From: Octopus sinensis
Taxonomy: Eukaryota
Assembly (NCBI RefSeq): GCF_006345805.1
Contig: NC_043011.1
Location: forward strand, 39,072,464-39,136,463
Length of the DNA stretch: 64,000 bases
Direction of reading: 5' to 3'
In this document: one piece after another, positions 39,985-53,615 of the stretch
Layout of the letters: every line of letters starts with the position of its first letter
Position numbering within the stretch: the first letter of the stretch is position 1
Translations under genes and position numbers: made by a program
The notes under the pieces: model-generated
What the model was told of the DNA's origin: nothing
Seen by the model: only the letters and a program-made list of their open reading frames with translations
Database searches by the model: none

Positions 39985-40381
39985 GTGGCGAGCTGGTAGA
40001 ATCATTAGCTAGCTGGACGAAATGCTTAGGGATATTTCATCTGCCGTTACGTTGTGAGTTCAAATTCCGCCGAGGTCGACTTTGCCTTTCATCCTTTCGG
40101 GATCGATAAATTAAGTACCAGTTACACACTGGGGTTGATGTTGTCGACCTAATACCTATGTCTGTCCTTGTTTGTCTCCTCTATGTTTAGCCCCTTCTGG
40201 GTAATAAAGAAATAAGGTACTTCATCTGCCGCTGCATTCTTAGTTCAGATTCTGCCGAGGTCGACTTTGCCTTTCATCCTTTCGGACTCGATAAATTAAG
40301 TACCAATTGAGTACTGGGGGGGTCGATGTAATCGACTACTCCCTCCCGCAAATTTCAGGCCTTGTGCCTATAGTAGAAAGG

Positions 40382-40432
<51 letters not shown>

Positions 40433-40585
40433 GTAGCGGTGAGCTAGCAGAATCATTAGCTTGCTGGACGAAATGCTTAGCAGTATTCTGCCTGTTGCTA
40501 TGTTCCGAGTTCAAATTCTGCCGAGGTCGATGCAATTGACTAGTCCCGTCTCCCAAAATTGGTGCTCTTGTGGCAAAATTTGTAA
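39985..40585 (+). mobile_element. Cluster of about three tandem S3 SINEs
   Basis: Same motifs as 30670-31490. Confidence 0.75.
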
Positions 40586-41344
40586 CCATTATTATTATTA
40601 TTATTGTTGTTGTTACTACTACTACTACTACTACTATTGGGGAATGTAATTGTTTGGATTCTATTGTTGTTTGTTTATTTACTGTTCACATGCATAGTCT
40701 AAACCACTCTATCCCTTGTTTGTTTTGTGTAGTGTCATTTTGCTTTTTTCTTGTGGGCTCTTGTGGCCTATAAAGAAAGTATTATTATTTTTATTATTAT
40801 TATTATTATCATCATCATCATCATCAATAATGTTGTCCTTTTTTACTATTACTATATCAATTTTGTTTCTTTGGATTACATGAACAAAGTGAGGAGAAAA
40901 TATTTCCATTTGTCTATATACACACATATACTATACATACATATATATATATATATATGTATATATACCTCGTGTACATATGTATACATATTTATATATA
41001 TATATATACACATAGATATATGCAAACACACACACATGCAGTTTTTCCAAATGAAACATCTCATTGTCATTGATATTATTTTTGTTGATGTTACCATTGC
41101 TGTTGATGTCATAGTTGCCATCATTTCACTTTATCTTCATTATGGTTATTTAATCTTTATATACATCTCTCTCTCTCCTATCTTTACATCTTTCTATGTC
41201 TCTGCTGCTCTTGCTTTTGTTTTAAATTTCTTATCTGACTCCTGTTCTTTCATTATTTTGTTGGTCTGTATACACACACATACACACACACACACACACA
41301 CATGTATATATACATGCAGATGCACATGCGCATACACACTCACG

Positions 41345-41515
41345 CACACTGAAAAGCTACTGGCTTTCAGGGTATCATGCAAGGCCTGGCTGGAGGTCCA
41401 ACCTTCCGAGTTCTTTATACAGGACTGCTGCTATAAGTATCCTCAATAGAAACATAACTGATCCTCTTGTATTTTCTTAACGCCAAAGCCAGGAACTTTT
41501 CAGCACCACCTCATA
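41345..41515. mobile_element. Short mariner-like MITE
   Basis: Imperfect inverted ends CTGAAAAGCTACTGGCTTT and AAAGCCAGGAACTTTTCAG. Confidence 0.5.
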
Positions 41516-41602
41516 CACATACATGTGCACACAGAGATAAGTATACTCATATACACTCTTACATATATATATATATATGGCCTGCTCGCTTAGCCAGCGG
41601 GG

Positions 41603-41686
41603 TGGCGTCATTTGAAGGCTAAAGCAATGCGAACGCATTGTGACCAGCGATGTGTAGCAACATCTGATGGTCTGGTCGGTCACGTG

Positions 41687-41717
<31 letters not shown>

Positions 41718-41923
41718 ATATTATATAGATACATACATACATACATACATATATGTTTGTGAGTGTGTATATATACATATGTACATAATTAGTGTGAGAG
41801 GCGACATTTTTATTTAAAAAAAATTTCTTAGAAAACTTGGCGTTATTTGAAGGCTAAAGCAATGCGAACGCATTGTGACCAGCGATGTGTAACAACATCT
41901 GATGGTCGGTCACGTGAGATATA

Positions 41924-41970
<47 letters not shown>

Positions 41971-42087
41971 ATATATATTATATAGATACATACATACATA
42001 TATGTTTGTGAGTGTGTATATATACATATGTACATAATTAGTGTGAGAGGCGACATTTTTATTTAAAAAAAATTTCTTGGAAAACTT
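41603..42087. repeat. Local tandem duplication of about 240 bp
   Basis: 41603-41838 is repeated at 41838-42087, including unique sequence and a TA microsatellite. Confidence 0.85.
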
Positions 42088-42469
42088 AATATAAATGTAT
42101 GGTGTTACTTGGTACTAAGAAATCCCCTATTTTAATCATAACACACATTTGACTTCCCTCTTGCCCACCTTTCCAGAACCACTTTCGCATTATTTCATCA
42201 CTCGCCCTCTAATGTAAGTATTAAACCCCTCAAACCGTTGTAAGAAAGAAAACAAAGTAAAATATTACCCCTTTTACATAAAGATTATTCTTTCAAATTG
42301 TTTCACATTGTTTGAATTAATCCTATATTATCTCACAGGTTTGGGATTTTAACAATGTGATTGTTTGTTTTTAGAATGGCATTGCAGGGAAAGTGTGAGA
42401 GGCCAGTTTGAATACAAAACAGGTCAGATATTTGAGGCAGATAGGTTGAAGTGTGTGTGTGTGTGGTGT

Positions 42470-42673
42470 CTTCCAACTGGGTTGCGGATCTGTGAAATAA
42501 GCTGCCGGACGAGATAGTGAAGATGCCGACGACTGCTCGGTTCAAAGTCTCTCTTGACCAGAAATGGCCTGAACTCTTTGCATGAACACCCTCCCTGTAC
42601 ATAACTCCATGTCCCCCTACATGGCCTTGCTTTTTGCTTTTTGAACCAAAAAATTAACTTAACTTAACTTAAC
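42470..42673 (+). mobile_element. CR1-clade LINE 3' end
   Basis: VADL*NKLPDEIVKMPTTARFKVSLDQKWPELFA* (42481-42585) matches the CR1 ORF2 C-terminal WNxLP...F..LD pattern; (TTAAC)n tail. Confidence 0.7.
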
Positions 42674-42728
42674 CAACATCATTTTGAGTTCAGATCCACT
42701 TTATGGCACCATGAACAAGTGTCTGCTA

Positions 42729-42956
42729 TTAACCCTTTCGTTACTGTATTTATTTTGAGATGTTCTGTGTTTCTTTCAATTACGTTTAATATAACAAATA
42801 ATTTAGTAAAATAGCTTAGTTATCATTCAGCTAGTGTTAGGAACATAAGTTGGGACTAAGGTTTGGTGGAAGATTTTGATTCAAAATTTATGAAAACAAG
42901 ACGTTTGTACTCAAAGCAAGAGCCAGTTTCAGCCGGGTTGGTAATGAAAGGGTTAA
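42729..42956. mobile_element. piggyBac-like MITE inserted in an S1 SINE remnant
   Basis: TTAA CCCTTTCG ... GAAAGGG TTAA; reverse complement of 36829-37050. Confidence 0.75.
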
Positions 42957-45182
42957 AACCCTGGGCTTATCAAAGTCTTGTGAGTGGATACAGTAGATGG
43001 AAACTGAAAGAAGTGAAGTGTGTGTGGTCTTGTCTTGATGTGATTATTGTAAATGAATGTCCTTCATTTCCAATATTCTGCAAAAATGTTTGGCCAAAGG
43101 GCAATATGACATTGCTTGGAAACAGCTATGGGTTAGTGACAGAAAAGACTTCATATCATGGTTATCAACCTGCAGATACATAGGGCTGCTTGCCTAGTTT
43201 CTGTAGAAGTATAGGACCAAGATCCCTGCATTCTCCTTGAACAGGGCATCTGTCCATCACAGTGTTACTCATTTAGAGCTGAGTAGATAGGCTCAATGTG
43301 AAATGAAGTGCTTTGTGGGGCTTCCCTATACAACACTAACCACCATGTTTTGTAAGCTGTGTGGCAGGGAATCACTCACTATACTTTGCCATAATATTAC
43401 CTCATAATTCAATAGGGTTCTGTGATGTAATCTTCTTATGTAAACATAAATTTTATTCTTCTGTTGCCCATTACATATTGCCTAATCTGGGACACAAAAC
43501 TACAATTTTGCTTCCATGAGTGCAACAACATAATGTATAAACCTCCCTTAACAAACTCTGTCCAACCCCTGCAAGCAGAGTGATGATGATGATGATCATG
43601 TTTGACGTTCTCCAAATAAATTCTATTTAAGCAATGTTCTTGTAAAGGCTTGACACTGGCCTAACTTCCATTGGATTTTATTAAATTTCCTTCTATATTT
43701 TCAAATGCTCTGCTCAATACTCCCTTTTCTGTTGTAGTCAGCATTACATTCAACATTCTACCACTTTTTGTTCTCGTAATTTCTTCAACGAATGCAAATA
43801 CATGCTCATGCATGTTTGCAAATGCATTTTCCTTCCCATTCTCCCCTCTCACCCTCATCCTTATTTTATTCTTTTCAAACATTTTATTTATTTGTGCCTT
43901 TGCATTGTTTTAATCTCTGATTGTCTTCCTCTCGCCCACCTTACTCTTATCTTAAAACCAAACGACTTTACTTTATGCTTTTAAGCATTTGCTGTTGATA
44001 AGTGGCACAGATTATCAGATATAAGAAGATTAATGTTAAGAGATTTATTAAAGACTGATTCTGATATGTTTGTTTTAAACTCATTCGACTTTGACAAGTT
44101 TTCATTCAGAGAGGCTTCTTTTCCCTTTTTAGCTTTGTTGTTGTTGTTTTTTTGTTAACATTCTATTATTGCTGTCATCGTTAACATTATTAATATCATT
44201 CATTTTTGCTGTTATAATTATTGTTGTTGTTGCTGCTGCTGTTGTTCATGTTAATTTGTTTTTCTTTTTCCTTTCTCCTCTATTGTTATCTCAAGGCATC
44301 ATGTCAGAAAATATCCCCCCATCATCCCTACAACCACCACCACTACCACCATCACCATCACTACCGATACTCTCCCACCATCACCACCACCCCCACCATA
44401 ATTATCATCATCCTCATTGTCACTGTTTCATTGTCACCACCACCACCACCACCACCACCACAATGATTTTCACCATCATCTTCACCTACATCATCATCTC
44501 TGCCACCATCACTACATCACTACCACCACCACCACCACCCACTCCTCCCTTCTCATCACCATTGATTTTCTTATAAACTATTATTATTATTTCCATGTAA
44601 AATTGCAGTTATGAAATTTTAATATGAAGAAATTCGAAATGCTGCTGTTGCTGCTTTTTTTGTTGTTGCTTTTGTTGTTGTTGTTGTTGTTGTTGTTGTT
44701 CTTCTTCTTCTTCATGTTGTTGCTGTTATGGCAATGATGGATGATATCATCATCATCGTCTTACATTGTGCTGCTTCCTTTTCCTGAAGAATTTCACAAT
44801 AATTTCATCACGTTATGACAGTTTGACTTACCTATTTGGTGGTGGTGGTGGTGGTGTTACTGCAGCAAGTGCTGGTGGGGAGGGGGGGGGATTTATGTTT
44901 GTCTTTATTATCATTTGGCATTAACACTGACCACGATTGCAACAGCTGTTTCGAAAATGACAGCCGTTAACGCCAAAAACAATTGTGTATTTAAAAGAGA
45001 TAAAATGTTGTTTCGTTGCCACAGCTGCAAACAACAGCAATGCAACTTGTGTCATAGTACGAGTGAAATATGAAATACTTAAAATTTAGAACAGAAATGA
45101 TGACGATAGAATTATTATCATCATCATCATTGTCATCGTTAAGCATTTTTTTTTCCTGTGCTTGTCTTGTAATGACATTCAC

Positions 45183-45500
45183 CTAGGAGGGGTTACGCTG
45201 GCTTCTACTGAGTTAATTGCATCATGAGTCAAGACAGCCTACACATGTCTGCTGGCAGCCAATTCTGCAGCGTGTTGAAGCCGTTCCTGGTTCCAGTGAT
45301 GAACACCAAAAACTCGAGGGGTGGTCTTAAGCTGACTGTGACTTCTCTTACGCCAACCCAGGGGAGGATCTGGTGCTGTCATCTTCTGAATGAGTTTGTT
45401 GTGCAGGCACTGCAATGCATGACTAAATCACCCTAGTCTCCTCGTCAGGAGAGTTCCCTCATGCGGTGAGAGACTGCAGTGATTGTAAAGTTGTCAGTTG
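45183..45500 (-). mobile_element. RTE-clade LINE 3' fragment
   Basis: The minus frame gives LLTRRLG*FSHALQCLHNKLIQKMTAPDPPLGWRKRSHSQLKTTPRVFGVHHWNQERLQHAAELAASRHV*, typical of a decayed RTE C-terminus. Confidence 0.65.
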
Positions 45501-46254
45501 AAAAAGATGCAGTCTGAGAAGACGACAAATACAAGTGCAATCAAAAGCCTCCAACTTGCAAATGTTAAGAAAAAATTTGTTGAGGAAGATTTTCTATGTT
45601 CAGATGTCCTTCCTATCACCAAGCTGCGTGTTTCCTGACAAGGAATTAATTAAGGTTTTTTTTTTTTTTCTCCCTCGATTAGACAGTTTTACAAATTTTC
45701 AAAGAAGATTAAGAATGAATGACACTGCTGGTATGAAAGTGGCACTCGTGTACTGCTATCATGTTGTATCAAGATAAGGAGGCACAAACATATACATATA
45801 CACGCATGTCCATGTGCACACATGAATAAACATATATTAAAAATAAAACCATATGTGTGTGTGTGTGTGTGTGTAGGCACAGGAGTCGCTGTGCGGTAAG
45901 AAGCTTACTTCCCAATCACATGGTTCCAGGTTCAGTCCCACTGCATGGCATCATGAGCAAGTGCCTCCTACTATAGCCTTGGGTCGATCAAAGCCTTGTG
46001 ACACCTCCAACATTGCTTGATACTGGTGTGTTTACGTCGCCATAACTTAGCGGTTCAGCAAAAGACATGACAGATCAAGTACTAGGCTTATAAAGAATAA
46101 GTCGTGGGGTTGATTTCGACGAAAAGGCGGTGTTCCAGCATGGCCGCAGTCAAATTGCTGAAAAGAATAAAAGAATACAGTAGTACCTCAGTTTACAAAT
46201 GTCTCTGATTATGAATAATTCATGCTTTATATATATTTATATCCATCCATATAT

Positions 46255-46925
46255 CATCATCATTGTCGTTTAACGTCTGTTTTCCATGCTAGCATGGGTT
46301 GGATGGTTTGACCGGGGTCTGGGAAGCCAGGAGGCTGCACCAGGCTCCAGTCTGATCTGACGGTGTTTCTACAGCTTGATGCCCTTCCTAATGCCAACCA
46401 CTACATGAGTGCAATGGGTGCTTGTTATGTGCCACTGGTACAGGTGCCAGGGGAAGCTGGCAACGACCATGATCAGTTGGTGCTTTTACGTGCCACCGGC
46501 ACAGGTATCACAACTGCAATTTCCATTTGATTTTTATTTTGATGTTGATGTATTTGACTCAATAGGTCTCCTCAAGTACAGCAGATATATATCATCATCA
46601 TCATCATCGTTTAACATCCGCTTTCCATGCTAGCATGGGTTGGACGGTTCAACTGAAGTCTGGCAAGCCCAAAGGCTGCACCAGGCCAGTCAGATCTGGC
46701 AGTGTTTCTACAGCTGGATGCCCTTCCTAACGCCAACCACTCCGAGAGTGTAGTGGGTGATTTTATGTGCCACCGACACAGGTGCCAGACGAGGCTGGCA
46801 GACGGCCACGCTCGGATGGTGTTTTTTATGTGCCACCGACAGAGGTGCCAGACGAGGCTGGCAGACGGCTATGCTCAGATGGTGTTTTTGGTGTTTTCTT
46901 ATGTGCCACCGACACAGGTGCCAGA
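46255..46925 (-). mobile_element. Two tandem copies of an RTE-tail-related interspersed repeat (family R). Other copies near 1340, 11825, 20205, 22315, 51240, 57505, 60395 and 62610
   Basis: Sense motif GGCGTTAGGAAGGGCATCCAGCTGTAGAAAC...CCATGCTAGCATGGAAAGCGGACGTTAAA followed by a (GAT)n tail. Confidence 0.75.
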
Positions 46926-47013
46926 CGATATATATCTAATTGTTAAAGAGGATAGCAAACATTAAGGCAAGGCAAACATCTCAAGTCATATACAATATTA
47001 TTATTGGAAAAAA

Positions 47014-47077
47014 ATTTAGTCTTACAGCTGTTTCTGGGATATCCCTGATTATGGGATATTCCGTCATCAGAGACAAA
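47014..47077 (-). ncRNA. Minimal type I hammerhead ribozyme (Penelope-like)
   Basis: Minus strand: UUUGUCU CUGAUGA CGGAAUAUCCC AUAAUCA GGGAUAUCCCA GAAA C AGCU GUA AGAC. Core is intact, stem II pairs 9 of 11, stem III is the palindrome ACAGCUGU, the cleavage triplet is GUA (A17 at 47023), and stem I is GUCU/AGAC. Confidence 0.8.
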
Positions 47078-47115
47078 TAGGGGAAAAAAGGGAAAATGAG
47101 AATGGTATATACTAA

Positions 47116-47159
<44 letters not shown>

Positions 47160-47789
47160 ATATGTCTGTATTTGTATATGTCTGTATTTGTCTCTCCCCT
47201 ATCACCGTTTGACAACTGGTGTCGGTGTGTTTACATCCCTGTAACTTAGTGGTTCGGCAGCAGCCAGATAGAATAAGTAATCGTGCTTTAAAAAATAAGT
47301 CCTGTGCAGCGGTGAGGTTGATATGTCTGACTAAAACCCTTTGATGCTGTGCTCCAGCATGGCCTCAGCCAAATGACCGAAACAAAAGAACATATACGTA
47401 AACTCATGTCTTGAGTTCTATTTTGCCTGTTTGTATCAGCAAACCTACACACACACACACACACTCACACAAAGTTTATGACACTTGTTTTGGTGACATT
47501 CTGTTTAATGCTGTCATAAAAGATTGCATCATAATATAAACCTAGCGTCATCAGGGGGAGATTGCATGTTATAATGTAACTTTTTATGACTGCACTAAAT
47601 AAAATTCTACTGAAACAGCTATCGTAAGTGTTAAGTGCCATTTGTGCTTACTTTTTATATTGACGCCACACCATTCACCCACTTGTGACTCGGGTCTAGG
47701 GTTACAAAATGGATCTGACGCTTGCATGTCTACAGTATCCTACTGAAAATTGAAGCCTTCCAGTATGGAAAGCAGATGCTAAATGATGA

Positions 47790-47822
<33 letters not shown>

Positions 47823-48214
47823 CACAGGAGTGGCTGTTTGGTAAGTAGCTTGCTTAGCAACCTTATGGTTCCGAGTTGAGTTCCACTGCGTGGCACCTTG
47901 GGCAAGTGTCTCAGGCTGAGCAAAGCCTTGTGAATGGATTTGGTAGGCAAACTGAAAGAAGACCGTCGTGTATATATATAATATATATATATATATAATA
48001 CATACCATATATGTACATACATACACACACACCACACATATATATATATATATATATATATGTAAATGTATTTCTATTTCTATGTCGTTATATTTGTACT
48101 AATTAATGTATAATTCATTATTGCTATTGTGTAATGGTTCATAAAGTATCGATTGGGTATTATCTGATGGTTGATGATTGATTTAGATATATTTCTTTCT
48201 TCATTTTCTCATTT

Positions 48215-48270
<56 letters not shown>

Positions 48271-48311
48271 AATATAATATATATACATATATATTATATA
48301 TATACGCCATG

Positions 48312-48496
48312 ATAGATCAGTAGCCACTACACACATTTTTTTCTCTCCTTGTTTCTTTCTGTGCTCCTTTCTGTGGAAGAGCGTAGGCTCGAAACACGTA
48401 AAAGACTTTTTCAATTCCCGAGCATTATACTAATACATCTGTTTGCTTTCTACACCACCTGTCTTCTTCTTGTGTGCTTTTTTCGTGAATTCTCCC

Positions 48497-48500
<4 letters not shown>
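48312..48500 (+). mobile_element. Penelope-like fragment family B
   Basis: CUUU CUGUGGA A GAGC GUAG GCUC GAAA CACGUA AAAG at 48367-48404; flanked by (TA)n on both sides. Confidence 0.6.
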
Positions 48501-48530
<30 letters not shown>

Positions 48531-48764
48531 AGTATATGTTTGTGTGTCTGTGTTTGTTCCTCCAACATCACTTGACAACCGATGCTGGTGTGTTCACTTC
48601 CCCATCACTTAGCGGTTTGGCAAGAAAGACCGATAGAATAAGTACTAGGCTTACAAAGAATAAGTCCTCGGGTCGATTTGCTCGTATCGACAGACAAAAT
48701 ACTGCTGAGCATTTCGCCTGGCGCACTAATGTGTCTGCCAGCTCGCCTTATATATATATGGATC

Positions 48765-49075
48765 GGAAGGCGTAGTGGTTAGGTATTCAGGTTATGCTCA
48801 TTAGCTCATGAGTTCAATCCACAGTGGCTCATTGTGTCCTTAAGCAAGTCACTTCAGTTCACATTGCTCCAGGTGACTCAGCTGGCAAAAATGAGTTGTA
48901 ACGGTATTTCAAAGGGCCAGCCTTGCCGCACTCTGTGTCATGCTGAATCTCCATGCAAACTACGTTAAGGGTACACCTGTTTGTGGAGTGCTCAGCCACT
49001 TGCATGTTACTTTTATGAGCAGGCTGTTCCATTGGTTGGATCAACAGGACCCCGTGTTTCGTAACCAGCTGAGTG
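48765..49075 (+). mobile_element. Chimeric SINE: S4-like head with S2 tail
   Basis: Head and core resemble 29088-29220; the 3' half matches the S2 segment TTTCAAAGGGCC...GAGCAGGCTGTTCC. Confidence 0.6.
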
Positions 49076-49108
49076 CAAAGAAAATGTGTGTGTGTGTATA
49101 TATGTATA

Positions 49109-49140
<32 letters not shown>

Positions 49141-49469
49141 CAATTAATATACAATTATTCATAATTGTATTGTCCTACGCTGATGTGAAAAAAAGTTGGG
49201 TAAGACATTAATTCTAATTCTTATGCTTTCCTAAAACTTAATTTCGAAACGTACGTCGTAGGTGACTTAATATTGTGATGATCGATTTTGTCGTCATTTC
49301 TTTCTCTCTTGCCTGTCTGTGTTTGCCTTCAAGTGCTGTGGTTTTTTTACTGAGATCTCCCTTTTAGAGAAAAGAATAGCTATAACTCTTTGACTGCTAT
49401 TCTAAATTCGGTGTGTGGTGAGGCAAATCGTTGCTAAACCCTTAATTACTTAGTATATGTGCATATATA

Positions 49470-49875
49470 GGCGCAGGGTGGCTGTGTGGTAAGTAGCTTG
49501 CTTACCAACCACATGGTTCGGTTCAGTCCCACTGCGTGTGGCTATTTGGGCAAGTGCCTTCTACTATAGCCTTGGGCCGACCAAAGCCTGTGAGTGGGTT
49601 TGGTAGACGGAAATGAAAGAAGCTTGTCGTATATATGATATATATATTGTGTGCATGTTTGTGTGTCTGTTTTGTAACCCCTAGCATTGCTTGACAACCG
49701 ATGCTGGTGTTGTGTTTAATCGTCGTCACTTAGTGGTTCGGCAAAAGAGACCGATTAGAAAAGTACTGACTTCCAAAGAATAAGTCCCGGGGTCGATTTG
49801 CTCAACTAAAGGTGCTGCTCCAGCATGGCCGCAGTCAATGACTGAAACAAGTAAGAGTGTAAAAGTGTAAAGAGT
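49470..49875 (+). mobile_element. SINE S1
   Basis: S1 sequence on the plus strand. Confidence 0.8.
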
Positions 49876-49879
49876 ATAT

Positions 49880-50411
49880 ATATATACAATAATATATATA
49901 TATACATATACATATATATTATATATATATATAATATATATATAATATATATATATATTTATGCATATATATGTATATATTATATATGTATTTATACATA
50001 TATATATATGTATATATATATGTATTTATACATATATATATGTATGTATATATATATATTTATGCAGATATATGTATATATATATATGTATTTATACATA
50101 TATATATATGTATATATATATATGTATTTATACATATATATATGTATATATATATATGTATTTATACATATATATATGTATATATATATATGTATTTATA
50201 CATATATATATATATATTATGTATCTATTATGGATTTATACATTATTATATATATATATAGTATATATATATGTATTTATACATATCTATATATATATAT
50301 AATATATATATATATGTTGTATTTATTTATATATATATATATATATATGTGATTTATTTATATATATATATATATAGATATGTGTATTTATTTATATATA
50401 TATATATTATG

Positions 50412-50444
<33 letters not shown>

Positions 50445-50460
50445 CAATACATACCCATAT
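49880..50460. repeat. Higher-order (TA)n-rich satellite
   Basis: TATTTATACATATATATATATG-like units repeated. Confidence 0.9.
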
Positions 50461-51887
50461 ACCCTACATATGTACAAACTTGTATCCGTACTTAAACGCT
50501 TACTCACGCACACATTTTTGTGTATTTGCCTTACATTTGTATCTAGTGCTTCCCGGTATCTCCATCCTCTCTACATTCATCTGCATGTTGTAAATTCCGA
50601 TTTGGTTTTTATTGATGTCCTATTGTCTACTAGAAAATGGGCTGTTTACATTTTTAAAGAAATATCCAAATCAATTGTCCTCCTCCCATCTGTTCTATAA
50701 ATCAATGTGGTAGCTATTGATCAGTGCCGGAGTAGGAGATAAAAGGTTTATATACACATATATATTATGTAAAAGGTTTATACACGCACACACCCACACA
50801 CTCAAACATATACATGCACACACTTGCATTTACTATATATAAAAAATTAAGTAGAGATTTATACACAATGTCAGTATATATTTATTTATTTGTGTGTGTG
50901 TAGATACACTTGTGTATATATATACACAAGTAAATCTATGTGTCTAGATATCTGCCCTCGTATATATACAAGTGAATGTGTGTATATGCATGTCTGTATA
51001 TATAATCTTTTTGTGTGTTCATATACAATTTTTTGTGTGTATATCTTATACATATGTGCTTGTGTGTATAAATAACTTTTTAATGTATACATGTGTGTGC
51101 ATGTATATATATTTTGTATATATGTATGTGTTTATATTGGTGCTGCATATGTGTATATATATGTGTGTATCTATATATATTATATATGATATAATCATAT
51201 ATCATAGGCATATTGGTGCTGCAATGTGCATATATACATCGAGCGTGGCCGTCTGCCAGCCTCGTCTGGCACCTGTGTCGGTGGCACATAAATCACCCAC
51301 TACACTCTCGGAGTGGTTGCGTTAGGAAGGGCATCCAGCTGTAGAAACGCTGCCAGATCTGACTGGACTGGGCAGCTTCGGCTCCCCAGACCCCAGTTGA
51401 ACCGTCCAACCCATGCTAGCATAGAAAGCGGACGTTAAATGATGATGATGATGATGATGATATATATATGTATATATGATATAATCATATATTCATTTAT
51501 GTGTGTGCGTGCGTGCTTGTGTATGTATAAATGCATATATGCAGTCTACAAAAGACACATAAAGAGCAAAATATTTTCTTGTTCCTTGAAGCATTTTTAT
51601 TCATTTTCATTCTTTTAATAAGAATAAAGAACGAAAGTGACATATACAGAGAGAGAGAGGGGCGAGGAGTAGAATGAGTAAGACTATATGACAGTGAAGG
51701 ATGTTTTTTAAATCTCCCATCCTCACCATCATCCCTTTTAGTTGTATATTTTAGTATTCAAAAGCGCCGCCGTCCTATCTTATCCAATGTTCTTAAGCAC
51801 ACTGTTGTTATTTTGTAATATCTATTATGTTTTAAAAAAACTGGATATTGAATTCTTCAGTTATTCTTATTTGATGTGTATGTGTAA

Positions 51888-51924
<37 letters not shown>

Positions 51925-52219
51925 ATATATATATATATATATATATATATTTGCATGTGTGTATGTATACACATACATTTGTGTGTGTATATATATATAT
52001 GTATATATATATAGACAGAGAGAAAGACCCACATATACTTTAGATATACATAGGAATATATATGTACTATATATCACACATACACACCCACTCACACATA
52101 TATATACACAAATATATATATAATGTGTGTGTATTCATGTGTGTGTATATATATATATATATATACACACATGTGTTAGTATATATACATGATTACCTAC
52201 TTTTATGTACGTATTTGTG

Positions 52220-52250
<31 letters not shown>

Positions 52251-53194
52251 GCATATATATCTATATCTACATACATGCAGGCATATATCTATCTATCTAT
52301 ATATAATATATATATATATATATATACACACAAACACACACAACACACAAACACGTGTGTGTTAATATATGTACATGAGTATCTACTTGTACATACTTGT
52401 GTGTCTATGTGTACACACACACACATATTTATAAAGTGTTTATTTGTTTCCACTTGTCATTAAACTTCTTTTATATATAGTCAAAGAGTTTCAGTTACAA
52501 TGGTTCTACTATTAGTGTGTATAAGTGGTTATATAGTGTCTTGTATCCAAATTGGGTATTTATTTATTTATTTACCTGTGATTCAGTACTTTACTTTAAA
52601 AGCAGTAATTAGAAGGAGAAAATGGTAATTACATTGGTGAAGGAAAAAATCAAAAAAAATGTTCCCCCATTTCACCCCCCTCTCCCACCCCACCACCATC
52701 AGTGCCATCACCACCACCACCACCACCACCACCACCATCATCAGTACTGTTACCTCCCAGTGCCATCATCACCATTGCTACCATCAGCACCATCCACCAC
52801 CACCAACACCCACAACCTCCATCACTTTATCAATAAAAGAAGAAACAAAAGAAGAGCAATAAGTACTTGTCAAGTGATTGAGAGGAATATGGCCACCATA
52901 AAAATTTGGTTTTGGTGAGGAGGGGGGGCGCCCTACCCCTCCATTCAAAAATATAAAGGAATAATAAAACTCTCCTCCCCCCACCTGTCTCCATGAAAAG
53001 CCAATACAACATTGCTTTTATTTTATGTTTTATTATTTTTTTTTTGTTTTGTTTGGTTTTGCACTTCAAGCTACTTCTCATCTACCTCATCAATGTTTCA
53101 GTACATGCCCATCCTTTTATTATTTTTTTTTCAGGCATAGTGTATTTGGGACTATATTATCTAATGTGTTTATCATATTTTTACATTTAATCTC

Positions 53195-53615
53195 TTTTAC
53201 ATGTTTCAGTCATTTGACTGCGGCCATGCTGGAGCACCGCCTTTAGTCGAGCAAATCGACCCCAGGTCTTATTCTTTGGAAGCCTAGTACTTATTCTATC
53301 AGTCTCATTTGCTATCGGTTTCTTTTGCTGAACCGCTAGGTTACGGGGATGTAAACACACCACCATCGGTTGTCAAACGATGTTGGGGGAACAAACACAG
53401 ACACACAAACATATACACACACATACATGTATATATTCATATATACGACGGACTTCCTTTCAGTTTCCGTCTACCAAATCCACTCACAAGGCTTTGGTCG
53501 GTCCGAGGCTATAGTAGAAGACACTTGCCCAAGGTGCCATGCAATGGGAATGAACCAGGAACCATGTGGTTGGTAAGCAAGCTACTTACCACACAGCCAC
53601 TCCTGTGCCTAAATA
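53195..53615 (-). mobile_element. SINE S1
   Basis: S1 sequence on the minus strand. Confidence 0.85.
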
